From a virus, in the IMG/VR virus record IMGVR_UViG_3300035034_002798, positions 64,001 through 128,000 of that record: 64,000 nt of DNA. The stretch is one strand, 5' to 3'. A program made the translations under genes and the position numbers. The notes under the pieces were generated by a model. That model saw only the letters and a list, made by a program, of their open reading frames with translations. It searched no databases and was not told the DNA's origin. Of the stretch, positions 9,132-19,700 are shown one piece after another (the first letter of the stretch is position 1; each line of letters opens with the position of its first letter).

Positions 9132-9539
9132 ATGATTAAAAAAGTTTACATGGCCGGGCCAGTAACCGGTAAAGACTTACTGGAAGCAAAAAAACACAGA
9201 AATAACATAGCGGATATGTTATCTGACCAAGGATTAATGGGTATCTCACCGCTAAGGGGTAAAAAAGAAGGAGAAGAATATACCCCTCAAGAGATAGTTA
9301 ATAGAGACTTAATGGATATTAGAAATTCTGATGCTATTTTATGTGATTACTTTGATGAAGACCACAGTTACATAGGTACGAGCATGGAAATCATGTATGC
9401 AGCTCAAAAAGAAATACCAGTATTTATAGTAACTGGTAGTGACACCATAAGAAATCATTACTGGATCCAAAACTATGCCACTAAGATTTTTAGCTGTATA
9501 GAAGATGCAGTAATATATATAAATAATTTTTTAGAATAG
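9132..9539 (+). CDS. Nucleoside 2-deoxyribosyltransferase-like / nucleotide N-hydrolase
   Basis: VYMAGP, DLMDIRNSDAIL and GTSMEIMYA motifs. Confidence 0.8.
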   Translation: MIKKVYMAGPVTGKDLLEAKKHRNNIADMLSDQGLMGISPLRGKKEGEEYTPQEIVNRDLMDIRNSDAILCDYFDEDHSYIGTSMEIMYAAQKEIPVFIVTGSDTIRNHYWIQNYATKIFSCIEDAVIYINNFLE

Positions 9540-9562
9540 ATAAGCAAGGAGACTGATCATCG

Positions 9563-11650
9563 ATGAAGATATTCCAGAAAATTGGTAATTTCTTCAATCG
9601 TATGATTTCTTTAAAAAACGCTTCACCTCAAGATTATGACCCTAAAAATGTAAGAATCGGAAGAGTGGGTACAGCTGATATAGCAGGAGGTGGCGGAGGA
9701 GAAACATTTGAAGCCCCGCAATGGGACTTTCAACAAATAACAGATGCTTACGCTACTTCAAGTTACACAAGACAGGCTGTAGATAAGTATATAGAGCTGC
9801 TCTTTAAAGAATCATATGATTTTGTAGGGCCAGATTCAGACGCAATAAAATACATCAGACAGAGGTTTAAGGTTATGGCCCTGGCAACTGGCAAGCCCGT
9901 TCAACAGTTTTTTAATGAAATGGCTGAGGACTTAGTTAAATACTCCAATGTTTTTGTAGTAAAAGCAAGAGAAAATAATTCTAAAGCTTTGCAGATGCAG
10001 GGTGTTAGTCTTACCGGTGTGACTGGTAATCAACCAATAGCTGGGTATTTTATATTAAATCCTACTACTGTTGAAATTTTAAGAGACGAACACGGAACTA
10101 TAACTAAGTACAAACAGGAAGTGCCAGGGGTTGGAGATCCAGTCGAATTTGACCCCAACGACATAATACATATCTACTATAAAAAGGACAGAGGTAAGGC
10201 ATTTGGACAGCCTTTTATACTTCCCGTCCTAGACGACATAAGGGCTTTAAGAGAGGCAGAAGAAAGCGTTTTAAGGCTTTTATATAGACACCTTTTCCCC
10301 TTATATCAGTACAAAGTAGGTATTGCAGAACCCGGTTTTGAAGCAGACGAAAAAGAAATAGATAATGTAAGAAATCAGATAGAGAACATGCCCTCAGATG
10401 GCGGCATAGTAACCCCAGAGAGGCACGAAATAAAAGTAATCGGCGCAGATGGTGAGGCGATAGATGCCAAGGACTACCTGGAGCACTTTGAAAAACGAGT
10501 CTTCACCGGTTTAGGAGTGTCGTCTACTGTAATGGGTAGAGGCGACACGGCCAATAGATCAACTGCCGATAATATGACAAAAGAGATGCATGATAGGATA
10601 AAAGCTTTTCAAGAAGTATTATCAACCTTTTTAAATGAGTTCATGATACAGGAACTATTACTTGAAGCTGGGTATGATCCTTTAGAAAACCCAGAAAGCG
10701 AAGTTAAGTTCCAGTTTAGAGAAATAGATACTGAGCTTAAAATAAAAAAGGAAAATCATGCAGTATATAAATATGAACATAATGCAATTACAGAAGATGA
10801 GATGAGACAGGAAATTGGAATGGACCCCATAACTGATAGGGCTAAAATGCATATCAATCTGGTTACTGGAGCTACATCTGATGCAGAAGACTCCGAAGGA
10901 AGCAGCTCAGATACTGATAATAAAAATAACCCAGAAAACCAGAGCGGAAAAAGGGGAGGGCCTAAGACTAAGGAAAACTTAGAGAGCCTTACGGCAAATG
11001 AACTTGTCGATAACTTAAATTATGAAAAGCATCTTTCCAAACTAAAAAAGCAATACACAAACTCCAAAAAAGATGTATTAGAGCTTACGGAAAAGTACTT
11101 CGAAGATAACAAAAAGAAACACCCCAATTCCACGAAAGACATAACATCCTCACTTAAATCACTCGCACGATTAACTCTCAAAATGAGTGCTGACACCTTC
11201 AGTACTTCTTTCCAAGCAGGCAACGACACAGCTTTTAAAGATATAGCAGATGAAAAAGTGTCTAAAGCCACTCACGATTATGAAATCAAACAGGTAGAGG
11301 AATCTCATAAAAAATACTTCAATAAGCTGGCAGATGAAATGTCGGCCAAAATAGAAACAGCACTTAAAAACAACAATAAGAGTAAAGCTCTAAATAGAGT
11401 CAACAGGCTTTATGAGGCTTATGCTCATAGAATAGATTTCATTGCATTTACAGAAATGATGCATGCCTATAACTACGGATATGCTGTATCCGCAAGGGAT
11501 TTAGGCAAAACAGAGTTGATAGTTAATTCTAGTGAAGACACTTGTGAATTATGTGGAGAAAAGAAAAAGATCAACTTAGAAGGCAGCAACTTATATGAAA
11601 GGGTGCCGCCATTCCACACCAATTGTCATTGCACTTTAGAAGATAAATAG
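9563..11650 (+). CDS. Portal protein with C-terminal Mu gpF/SPP1 gp7-like domain
   Basis: Portal-like core (LNPTTV, IIHI, G.P, EMRQEIGMDP); C-terminal TCELC...VPPFHTNCHC motif; position between TerL and protease. Confidence 0.82.
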   Translation: MKIFQKIGNFFNRMISLKNASPQDYDPKNVRIGRVGTADIAGGGGGETFEAPQWDFQQITDAYATSSYTRQAVDKYIELLFKESYDFVGPDSDAIKYIRQRFKVMALATGKPVQQFFNEMAEDLVKYSNVFVVKARENNSKALQMQGVSLTGVTGNQPIAGYFILNPTTVEILRDEHGTITKYKQEVPGVGDPVEFDPNDIIHIYYKKDRGKAFGQPFILPVLDDIRALREAEESVLRLLYRHLFPLYQYKVGIAEPGFEADEKEIDNVRNQIENMPSDGGIVTPERHEIKVIGADGEAIDAKDYLEHFEKRVFTGLGVSSTVMGRGDTANRSTADNMTKEMHDRIKAFQEVLSTFLNEFMIQELLLEAGYDPLENPESEVKFQFREIDTELKIKKENHAVYKYEHNAITEDEMRQEIGMDPITDRAKMHINLVTGATSDAEDSEGSSSDTDNKNNPENQSGKRGGPKTKENLESLTANELVDNLNYEKHLSKLKKQYTNSKKDVLELTEKYFEDNKKKHPNSTKDITSSLKSLARLTLKMSADTFSTSFQAGNDTAFKDIADEKVSKATHDYEIKQVEESHKKYFNKLADEMSAKIETALKNNNKSKALNRVNRLYEAYAHRIDFIAFTEMMHAYNYGYAVSARDLGKTELIVNSSEDTCELCGEKKKINLEGSNLYERVPPFHTNCHCTLEDK

Positions 11651-11685
11651 AATATTTACTACCACAATGGGGAGGAGGTGTTAGA

Positions 11686-12990
11686 TTGAGAAGATTACGT
11701 TTAAACGAATCATATAAATTAGAAGTATCCAAAGAAGAGAAAGAGAAAAGACTGGAATCGACTGAGGGTGTTTCTAAAAAAGGTGGTTCTGTCATTGCTA
11801 ATCTCGCCGCGATTCATGCCGGCACTACAGCAAATTACACTGTTTACGGTGCCGATAAGTTGCGAGGAGATGAAGCAGAAGGCACCGGAGTAGCCTCATG
11901 GACTAATCCATACAACAAACCAGTACTTACTCACCACGATAAGCACTCAGACCCCATAGGTCGAGTAGAGAGCGCTTCTTATATGACAGCAGGAAGTAAG
12001 CCCTTTATCAAGCTTAAGGTAAAGATATCGGATGAAAGTGCCGCCGAGAAAGTTTTAGATGGCAGGTACGACACGGTAAGCATCGGCTCAGAAACTGATG
12101 CAGCTATCTGTAGCATTTGTGGTACAGACATAGTAGAAGAGGGTTTTTGTGGCCACTGGCGTGGAGAAACATACGAAGGAGAGACTGCTAAGTGGATACT
12201 TGGTGACTTATGGTTTAACGAAGTGAGTTATGTCAATGTTCCAGCTGACAAAGATGCAGGAACTCTTTCAAAAGAAAGATTACAAGAAAGCGCTGATTAC
12301 AACATAGATACAGTAGAAAGTCTAGGAGATGGTACTGCAGTCCTCATTGTGGGCTCAGAAGAAACTGAAGAAAGCAAAAACAAAAAGAATACAGCTTCAG
12401 TTCAATACACCATAGAAGAAAGCAAGGAAGGAGATAACACATTGCCAGAAGGTAAAGAAAATGAAAAAACAGTTGCAGAGTTACAGGAGGAATTAGATTC
12501 CCTTCAAGAGAGTCATGACGAACTAGAGGAAAGTAACAAAGACCTCGAAGGAAAGTTAGAAACTCTCAAAGAAGAAAAACAGGATCTTGAAACAGAGAAA
12601 GAAAAGTTGATGGAAAATGTTGAAGAAAAAACAGACAAGCTCCACGATGCTCTATCACAAAGAATCGTTGATATGAGAACTGTATTGGGTAAACCAATGG
12701 AGGAAGAAAGAGACGATGAGGTAGAAAAGTACGCATCTAGAAGCTTTGAGTCATTAAACGACACCATGGGTGATTTAGTATTGGAATATAAAGATGCATT
12801 ACCCGGACTGAGAGGTCAAATTGAAAAGGTAAATAATCCTGGAGCCGCAGTCAATGACGGGAAAGAACCAAATTCCTCAATTGAAGGTGTAGAGGAGAAA
12901 GATGACGATGAAGATGTAGAGATGACAGAAGAAGAGATCAACAAGAAAACAGAAGATGTATTAAAAAACTTATTCGGTGGAACTAACTAA
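11686..12990 (+). CDS. Prohead protease with C-terminal coiled-coil scaffold
   Basis: KPVLTHHD..PIGRV, VSIG, EVSYVNVPAD motifs; CSICG insert; acidic heptad C-terminus. Confidence 0.8.
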   Translation: MRRLRLNESYKLEVSKEEKEKRLESTEGVSKKGGSVIANLAAIHAGTTANYTVYGADKLRGDEAEGTGVASWTNPYNKPVLTHHDKHSDPIGRVESASYMTAGSKPFIKLKVKISDESAAEKVLDGRYDTVSIGSETDAAICSICGTDIVEEGFCGHWRGETYEGETAKWILGDLWFNEVSYVNVPADKDAGTLSKERLQESADYNIDTVESLGDGTAVLIVGSEETEESKNKKNTASVQYTIEESKEGDNTLPEGKENEKTVAELQEELDSLQESHDELEESNKDLEGKLETLKEEKQDLETEKEKLMENVEEKTDKLHDALSQRIVDMRTVLGKPMEEERDDEVEKYASRSFESLNDTMGDLVLEYKDALPGLRGQIEKVNNPGAAVNDGKEPNSSIEGVEEKDDDEDVEMTEEEINKKTEDVLKNLFGGTN

Positions 12991-13016
12991 AAATAACCCA
13001 AGGAGGTAATTAATAG

Positions 13017-14066
13017 ATGCCACTTTTTGAACAGTATAATCAGGTACCAGATAGTCGTTCTAACACAAAATTAGTAGTTTCTGGCGGGGATTCCCCAGCA
13101 GAAGAATTTATAGTTGACCCAACATTAGAAGTTAAATTTAAACATGAATATGGTGGATGGGGCCAGCAAGAGGTTGTTATCGCAAAAGGACAGTTATGTG
13201 CGATTGGCGACCCAGTTAAAGACACAGTTACAGGTGAGTATCGTCCAACACTTACTATCGCGGACGGAACAAACCCAGTAATCGGTGTAGCTCCATACAA
13301 CATTAGTAAGAATACAGACGATAGGTTTGACGGGAATCAGCCTTCAGTAATTACCAAAAATTACATTGAAGTACCTTATATTCCAGATAGCAAGTACTCA
13401 TCTCAGGTACATTGGGGATTAGCAACAGGTAGCCTTGAACAAGGTGACTTTGTTAAGGCTAATGGCAATGGTAAATTTGAGAAATGGGAAGAAGGAACAG
13501 ACTCCATTAGACAGATCGCAGGAACATTATGGGCTATTGAACAAAATATTCCACCTGCAGGATGGTTAAAGTGGGCGATGTTACCAGACGAAGTATTAAG
13601 ACAGATGGAGAACCCAGGAGAAGCACCAGGACCAGAAGGGTATCCTTACGATCCTCAGTATGGCTGGCCTACAGAAGGTATGGAAGGACAGGACGCAACA
13701 GGTATTCCTGGACTTACAGATGCTTATAATCTATCTAAAGAAGATGTAGCAGCAGAAGAATTGGGAACAGTATCCGCTGGAACATTAGCTGGCACTAACT
13801 TTGTCTTCAAGACAGATCATACACCAGTAGTTGAAGGTACATTAGTACTGAAAGCAGACGGAGCACCAATCGACGCAGTTAACTACACAGTAAATGAAGA
13901 AAAAGGCGAAGTAACTTACACAGTAGAAAGTGATATCGGCGCGTCTGATGTAACAATCACAGCTGATTATACACATACCGAAGCTCAATGGGATAACACT
14001 GGTTTACCAACTGGTTGGGACTTCCAAGGAAGCACAGGAGCTGCAAGAATCTTACTACGCATGTAA
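13017..14066 (+). CDS. Head decoration/structural protein with inserted beta-sandwich domain
   Basis: Position between protease and MCP; Gly/Pro-rich beta structure. Confidence 0.6.
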   Translation: MPLFEQYNQVPDSRSNTKLVVSGGDSPAEEFIVDPTLEVKFKHEYGGWGQQEVVIAKGQLCAIGDPVKDTVTGEYRPTLTIADGTNPVIGVAPYNISKNTDDRFDGNQPSVITKNYIEVPYIPDSKYSSQVHWGLATGSLEQGDFVKANGNGKFEKWEEGTDSIRQIAGTLWAIEQNIPPAGWLKWAMLPDEVLRQMENPGEAPGPEGYPYDPQYGWPTEGMEGQDATGIPGLTDAYNLSKEDVAAEELGTVSAGTLAGTNFVFKTDHTPVVEGTLVLKADGAPIDAVNYTVNEEKGEVTYTVESDIGASDVTITADYTHTEAQWDNTGLPTGWDFQGSTGAARILLRM

Positions 14067-14141
14067 TTGATCATAAATAACAAAATTATAGATTAACAAA
14101 ATAAATAATATATTGGAGAAAACTTCAAAGGAGGAAGAATA

Positions 14142-15218
14142 GTGCCAAAAGAATTAACCGAAGAACAGCAAAAAAAGCTTAATTTAATTGAGCGTTACCA
14201 AGATATGATGAACCCAGACTATAACTCACCTTCCAAGTTAAAGGAAGAGAGAATTTCCGTAAATGAAGCTCTATCTACACCAGATGCTTCCGTACTTATT
14301 CCTAGAGTGATTGTGGGTGAATTAAGAGAGTCCGCAGAACCTAATTATATTGCAAGCGAGTTCTTTGATCAGGTGCAATTAACAGAAGGTAGAAGCATGG
14401 TATTTCCTAGTGTGTCAGCGATTCGAGCGCATGATATAGCTGAAGGTCAGGAATATCCTCAAGAAAATCTCGATTTTAATCAGTACAAAAGTACTGAAAT
14501 TCGCGTTGGTAAAGTTGGTCTACAGGTCAGCATTACCGATGAGATGATCGAAGATAGTCAGTGGGATACTATAGGTCTTCACATTCGCCACGCTGGACGG
14601 GCAATGGCTCGTTTCAAAGAGGAAAAGATTTACAATGAGTTTAAAAAGCACGGACACACATTATTTGATAATGATATCAGGGGTGAGCAGCCAGAAGCCG
14701 GTACTACAGGCTTAGGAAAAGATGGTAATCCAAACGATACTATGTCAGTAAATGACTTTATCGATATGGTATTAGCATTAATGGCTAATGGGTATGCAGC
14801 AACTGATATTTTAATGCACCCTTTAACATGGTCAATGTTTGCTAAGAATAATGCATTATCTAAGTTAGACTTAGCTGCTTTAGGTGGAGAAGGAAACGAT
14901 GTAACTTTATCACCATCTATGGTACAGGGTCGTATCCCAATGAACTTAAATGTTAACTTAACACCATTTATGCCTATCGATAGAGAGAACAAGAAGTTTG
15001 ATATGTATGTATTGGACCGTAATAACGTAGGTATTATGCTGGTCAAGGATCCACTCTCCACAGAGCGTTTTGACAATCCTCGGAGAGATATCCAATCAAT
15101 TAAAGTTAAGGAAAGATATGGCATTGGATTACTGGACTCTGGAAAGGCCGTTGTGTCAGCGAAGAATATCGCACTTGACGAGACCTACGAGGAGCCACAG
15201 CTAGTAAGAAACGTATAA
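14142..15218 (+). CDS. Major capsid protein (HK97 fold)
   Basis: LIPRVI, IAEGQEYP, KVG..VSITDEMIEDS, LMHP and KERYG pattern; strong SD AGGAGG, GTG start. Confidence 0.88.
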   Translation: MPKELTEEQQKKLNLIERYQDMMNPDYNSPSKLKEERISVNEALSTPDASVLIPRVIVGELRESAEPNYIASEFFDQVQLTEGRSMVFPSVSAIRAHDIAEGQEYPQENLDFNQYKSTEIRVGKVGLQVSITDEMIEDSQWDTIGLHIRHAGRAMARFKEEKIYNEFKKHGHTLFDNDIRGEQPEAGTTGLGKDGNPNDTMSVNDFIDMVLALMANGYAATDILMHPLTWSMFAKNNALSKLDLAALGGEGNDVTLSPSMVQGRIPMNLNVNLTPFMPIDRENKKFDMYVLDRNNVGIMLVKDPLSTERFDNPRRDIQSIKVKERYGIGLLDSGKAVVSAKNIALDETYEEPQLVRNV

Positions 15219-15257
15219 TAAGCTCTCAATACTAAATAAAAGCTAGGAGGAGATTAA

Positions 15258-15683
15258 ATGGCTAAAACAAGAGTCGGATTAGCTCCTGGTCGAGTTGCTT
15301 TTTATGACGAACTTACTGGTATACATTTAGGACTGCAGTCCCCTGTCGCGGAAGTGCCCGGGGACTCAGACTTAAAAGCTATTAAGTCGGGGTTAAGAGC
15401 GGGAACGCTCATAATGATAGAAGGCAATATTGAAGACCTAGAGCAAAAAGTGGAAGAGAAGGATGAAGATTCTAAAGCGGGCACCGAAAAAGAAGATGAA
15501 ACAGAAGATGCCCCCACTGACGAGTCTAAAGAGGCAGAGAAAGATACCTCGGAAGGCTTTACAGAAAAAGAGTTGGAAGATCTAACTGTTCCAGACTTAA
15601 AGGACTTAGCAAGAGAAAAGGATTTAAGCGGCTATTCAAGTATGAAAAAGGACAGCCTAATTGCTTTAATTCTTGATTCATAA
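15258..15683 (+). CDS. Rho N-terminal/HeH-like domain protein
   Basis: C-terminal LEDLTVPDLKDLAREKDLSGYSSMKKDSLIALI; follows the MCP. Confidence 0.75.
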   Translation: MAKTRVGLAPGRVAFYDELTGIHLGLQSPVAEVPGDSDLKAIKSGLRAGTLIMIEGNIEDLEQKVEEKDEDSKAGTEKEDETEDAPTDESKEAEKDTSEGFTEKELEDLTVPDLKDLAREKDLSGYSSMKKDSLIALILDS

Positions 15684-15693
15684 AAACAAAACA

Positions 15694-15719
15694 ATGGGGT
15701 CTTGTAAAAGAGGCCCCAT
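15694..15719 (+). terminator. Putative terminator/stem-loop after head genes
   Basis: ATGGGGTCTT / AGGCCCCAT hairpin, weak U tract. Confidence 0.45.
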
Positions 15720-15749
15720 ATATACATATAGGAAACGAGGAGGATTTAG

Positions 15750-16736
15750 ATGGCTTTAAGACCGATTAACTCAAAGATGATCTTAGCAATTGAACCAAGA
15801 AAGATAGACTCAAATGTACCATTAGATACAGACATAAAGGTAACTTTTCAAAGAGATATGGATGTTAGTACCCTTAACACCTCCACGTTTCAGGTTGCTA
15901 AAAATAATGGTGAAACAATAGAAGGTCATATTAACTATGATGATAAAATTGCTTATTTTGTTCCAGAAGGTGAATTGGAACCAGACACTACCTATCAAGT
16001 AACACTTGTAGGCCAAAGTGATTTAGAAGAAAACGAAAAGGAACAAGGTATAAAAGACATATTAGATAACAGTCTTTATGGTAATTACACCTGGACTTTT
16101 ACAACAGAAAATTCAAAGACCATTGATCCCCCACAACTTGAAGAACCTTACAACGAAAGTTACTTAACAGAAAATCCAATAGAATTCAGCTGGGAGAGAC
16201 CAGAAGGCGCAGTAAGATTCGAATTACAGGTTGCAAGAGATAGAAACTTCAGAGCAGTAATCTGGCCTAAAAAAGATTCACATATATCCAAGGAGCACAT
16301 AACTCCAGATGTAGAATTTGAAGATGGGCAGTATTACTGGAGGGTTAGATCTATTGATTCAAGAGAAAGACCCAGTAAGTGGAGTGAGATCTGGACTTTT
16401 TCGATAGATACTCTTAAAAAGGGAAAGGTTACAGAACACGACGCTGATGAACCAGAAGTAATAGAAAGCGGGTATGTTCCAGCAAGAGAGCTTGCTGACC
16501 AGTTCCCAGAAGAAAGCGACTCCAACCTTGATTTAAACCTAGGCGCGATCGTCATTAAGGTTCTTGGCGAGGTTGACCCAGAAGAAGTAAATGAAAACAA
16601 TTTTAAGATAAATGGTAAGACAATAGGATACCGACAGGAAGATGAATCACACGGCAGAGTAGAAGGAACAATATCTGTTTTTTATAAGGATGGGCTCAGT
16701 CATATAATATTCCAACCAGAGCCGATCACGGAGTAA
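15750..16736 (+). CDS. SbsA/Big_5 Ig-like + FN3-like virion protein
   Basis: I.VTF..DMD.ST, F.P...L.P.T.Y.V, Y.W.FTT and YYWRVRSID...SKWS motifs. Confidence 0.75.
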   Translation: MALRPINSKMILAIEPRKIDSNVPLDTDIKVTFQRDMDVSTLNTSTFQVAKNNGETIEGHINYDDKIAYFVPEGELEPDTTYQVTLVGQSDLEENEKEQGIKDILDNSLYGNYTWTFTTENSKTIDPPQLEEPYNESYLTENPIEFSWERPEGAVRFELQVARDRNFRAVIWPKKDSHISKEHITPDVEFEDGQYYWRVRSIDSRERPSKWSEIWTFSIDTLKKGKVTEHDADEPEVIESGYVPARELADQFPEESDSNLDLNLGAIVIKVLGEVDPEEVNENNFKINGKTIGYRQEDESHGRVEGTISVFYKDGLSHIIFQPEPITE

Positions 16737-16748
16737 AGGAGGATCTAA

Positions 16749-19700
16749 ATGGCAATTAATATACAAGGTGGCACCGAAGATCCAAAAAAAGTTTTGTTAG
16801 AATTTAAAGGCAATCAAGCCGAAATATCAGAAGATGGAGCCATTAAAGTTGACAGTACTCACACTATACAGGAAGTATCGGGTAGTGTTGATATAAATAG
16901 TCCTGTTGACATAAATGACCCAATTGAGACGAAAGAGCTCAATACAATAAGAAGTATAGAGTCAATGCCACCGGTTAAGATAGACGGTGCTCAAAACATA
17001 GTTAAAGCTGAGATAGATCAGCCCATTACTGTAAAACAAAATGATACGGTTTTATCAAGAATAGTTAATTCAAAAGTGCCGGTTGAAGGGGAAGTATCTG
17101 TAAGCAATATCCCGATACCACTTAATGCTGGTAAAGATGCTGTTAAGATTGATGGCAGTATTGATGTTAATAATCTGCCCGCAGTCCAGGAAGTTGATGG
17201 TACAGTAACTATCAAACAGGAAACTGGTGACAGATTAAAGGTTGACGCTAATATAGGTAACACCCCATTACCAGTGAGTACAGGTACAAACTCTCTGGAT
17301 ATAGATGGTGAGGTTAGATTAAAGCCAGGAGACGAGCTTATTGGTTCGGTTAATATAAACGGAAGACCTACTGTTGATGTTGGCAATCTCGCAAAAGATG
17401 CTAATGATCACCTTCAGGTGGATATAGTATCACAGCCTACTATTACTTTTGATGAAGTAAAAATAAATCCAGACTGGAATGGAGTAACAGTAACCAATTT
17501 TCCAGATATCCAAACAGTTAATCTTAAAGAAAATACCGTAAGACTCCCAACTTCAATACAGGAAAACTTAAAAAGTGTAACAGCAGAAGTTTCAAACATA
17601 GTAAAAGTAAAAGACCTTTCAGATAATAAGCATGTTGATGTAAATAACTGGCCGGCAGTACAGGATATAAGAGGAGAGGTTACACTACCAAGTGATATGG
17701 TGGATGACCTTAAAGTAGTACAGGTCGATAACTTCCCTGCAGTCCAGGATGTATCAATACCAGATGCTCACTTAGATTCTCTAGGTAGATGGATGGTTAA
17801 GGTAGATAAAATGCCTGCTATCACAATTGATGATTCCACGCCTATTAAAGTAGATACAGAGCTTACGGTCGAAAATGCCCAGGTTAATTTAGATAATCTA
17901 AAAAGTGTTGATGTAATAGATACATTGACTTCTATAACCAACCCGGTACCGATAGATGATGCAGAACCGATCAAAGTAGATGTAATAGGTATTGACCAGG
18001 TAACCTTTACTAACAGCTATTTAGATACTCATGAACAGAATGCATACGACGATATAAACGATAGATTTAAAGTGACTGTAGAAGAAGATCTTACAGGTCT
18101 AAGAAATGTAAATGTAGTGAATGAGTTATTGGATGTGAATGTTACAAATATTCCTGCAGTCCAGACTGTTGATGCTACTGGATTAGATATAAGAAATCTA
18201 ACAGCAGCACAGGATCATGTTAGTGCACAGATACTTAATAGCTCGCTTACGGTAGATAACGGTACACAACCTTTAGAAGTTACTGGAATGGTGGATGTAA
18301 ATAACTTCCCCAATGTTTATCCAATAACAAATGACGGTTCACCAATATCTATAGAAGGAACAGTAAATTCTAAGATAGTCAGTGCTCCTACAATAGAGGT
18401 TGCACCTGATTTAATGAAAGATCCTTTTCCTGTAGTTGGAACAGATTTTGATATCAGATCTCTTACAGCACTGGAAGATACTATAAGTGTTGAAGGGGGA
18501 AACACAAACCCTGTTAATATAGCTGGAGATGTAAGAGTAGAAAATCTCCCTGCAAATCAGGACGTAAAGGTGACCAACATCTCCCTGGACGCAAATAATC
18601 ATGTCCAGGCGGATTTATTATCGCTGCCGGCTGTAGAATTACATGCTGATACGCTGGCAGCCCTTGAAAATACCACAGTAACAGTTGACAATATACCATC
18701 AAACCAAGATGTTACTGTAACCAATATAAATCTAGACGATCTCGGCAATCAGCAGGTTGATATAGTTGATATGCCAAGCATACCACAGGGTAATAACATA
18801 ATAGGACAGACCAGAACTCTAGGGTATAACTACGACGAATTGTCTCCTACAGAAAATGAGATAAGAGTCAATGGAACTGGCGAGCAGTTTACCCATATCA
18901 TGAATCTACCCGAAGTACAAAAGGTAGACCTAAATAATGTAAGCCAGGACGCTGACAATAGGGTAAATGTAAATATAGACAATCAGCCAACAGTAAAAAT
19001 AGATGATTCTACTCCGATCAAAGTCGACACAGAGCTATCAGTACAGAACGCTGAAATTACACTAGATAATCTAACAAGTGTTGATACTGTTGATACTATT
19101 ACTTCGATCACAAATCCCGTACCAATCGATGATTCTACACCAATAGCTGTTGACGTAATCGGAATAGATACAGTTAATATCGAAGGCGGGATCTTAGATA
19201 CCAGAGAACAGAATGCATACGATACTGTAAATGATAGATTTAAAGTATCTATAGAACAGGAACCAGGAATAAGAGATGTAAATGTTACAAATACTGTACT
19301 TCCTATTGAGGGGACAGTAGAGGTTACAAATATTCCTGCCATTCAGACTGTAGATGCTACAGATTTAGATATAAGAGCCCTAGCAGCGGCAACCGATTCA
19401 GTTACTGCCACAATAGATAATCCTAGCTTAGATGTAAACCTTAATAATGGAATATTACAGGATGCTGCAGGGCATGGTCAGATAGATATACTAGATATGC
19501 CGAGTATAACTGGTAATGTAGTAATCGACAACCTTCCTGCTAATCAAGATGTAACAGTTTCCAATCCAGAAGCAAGAGATCTCGACGGACACCCGCAGGT
19601 CGATATAGTCAATACGCCAACGGTAAACGTACAGAATCTTGATGTTATTGGTTCAGAAACAGACCATTCAACAAGCAGTGTTCAGGTATACGGTAATGAT

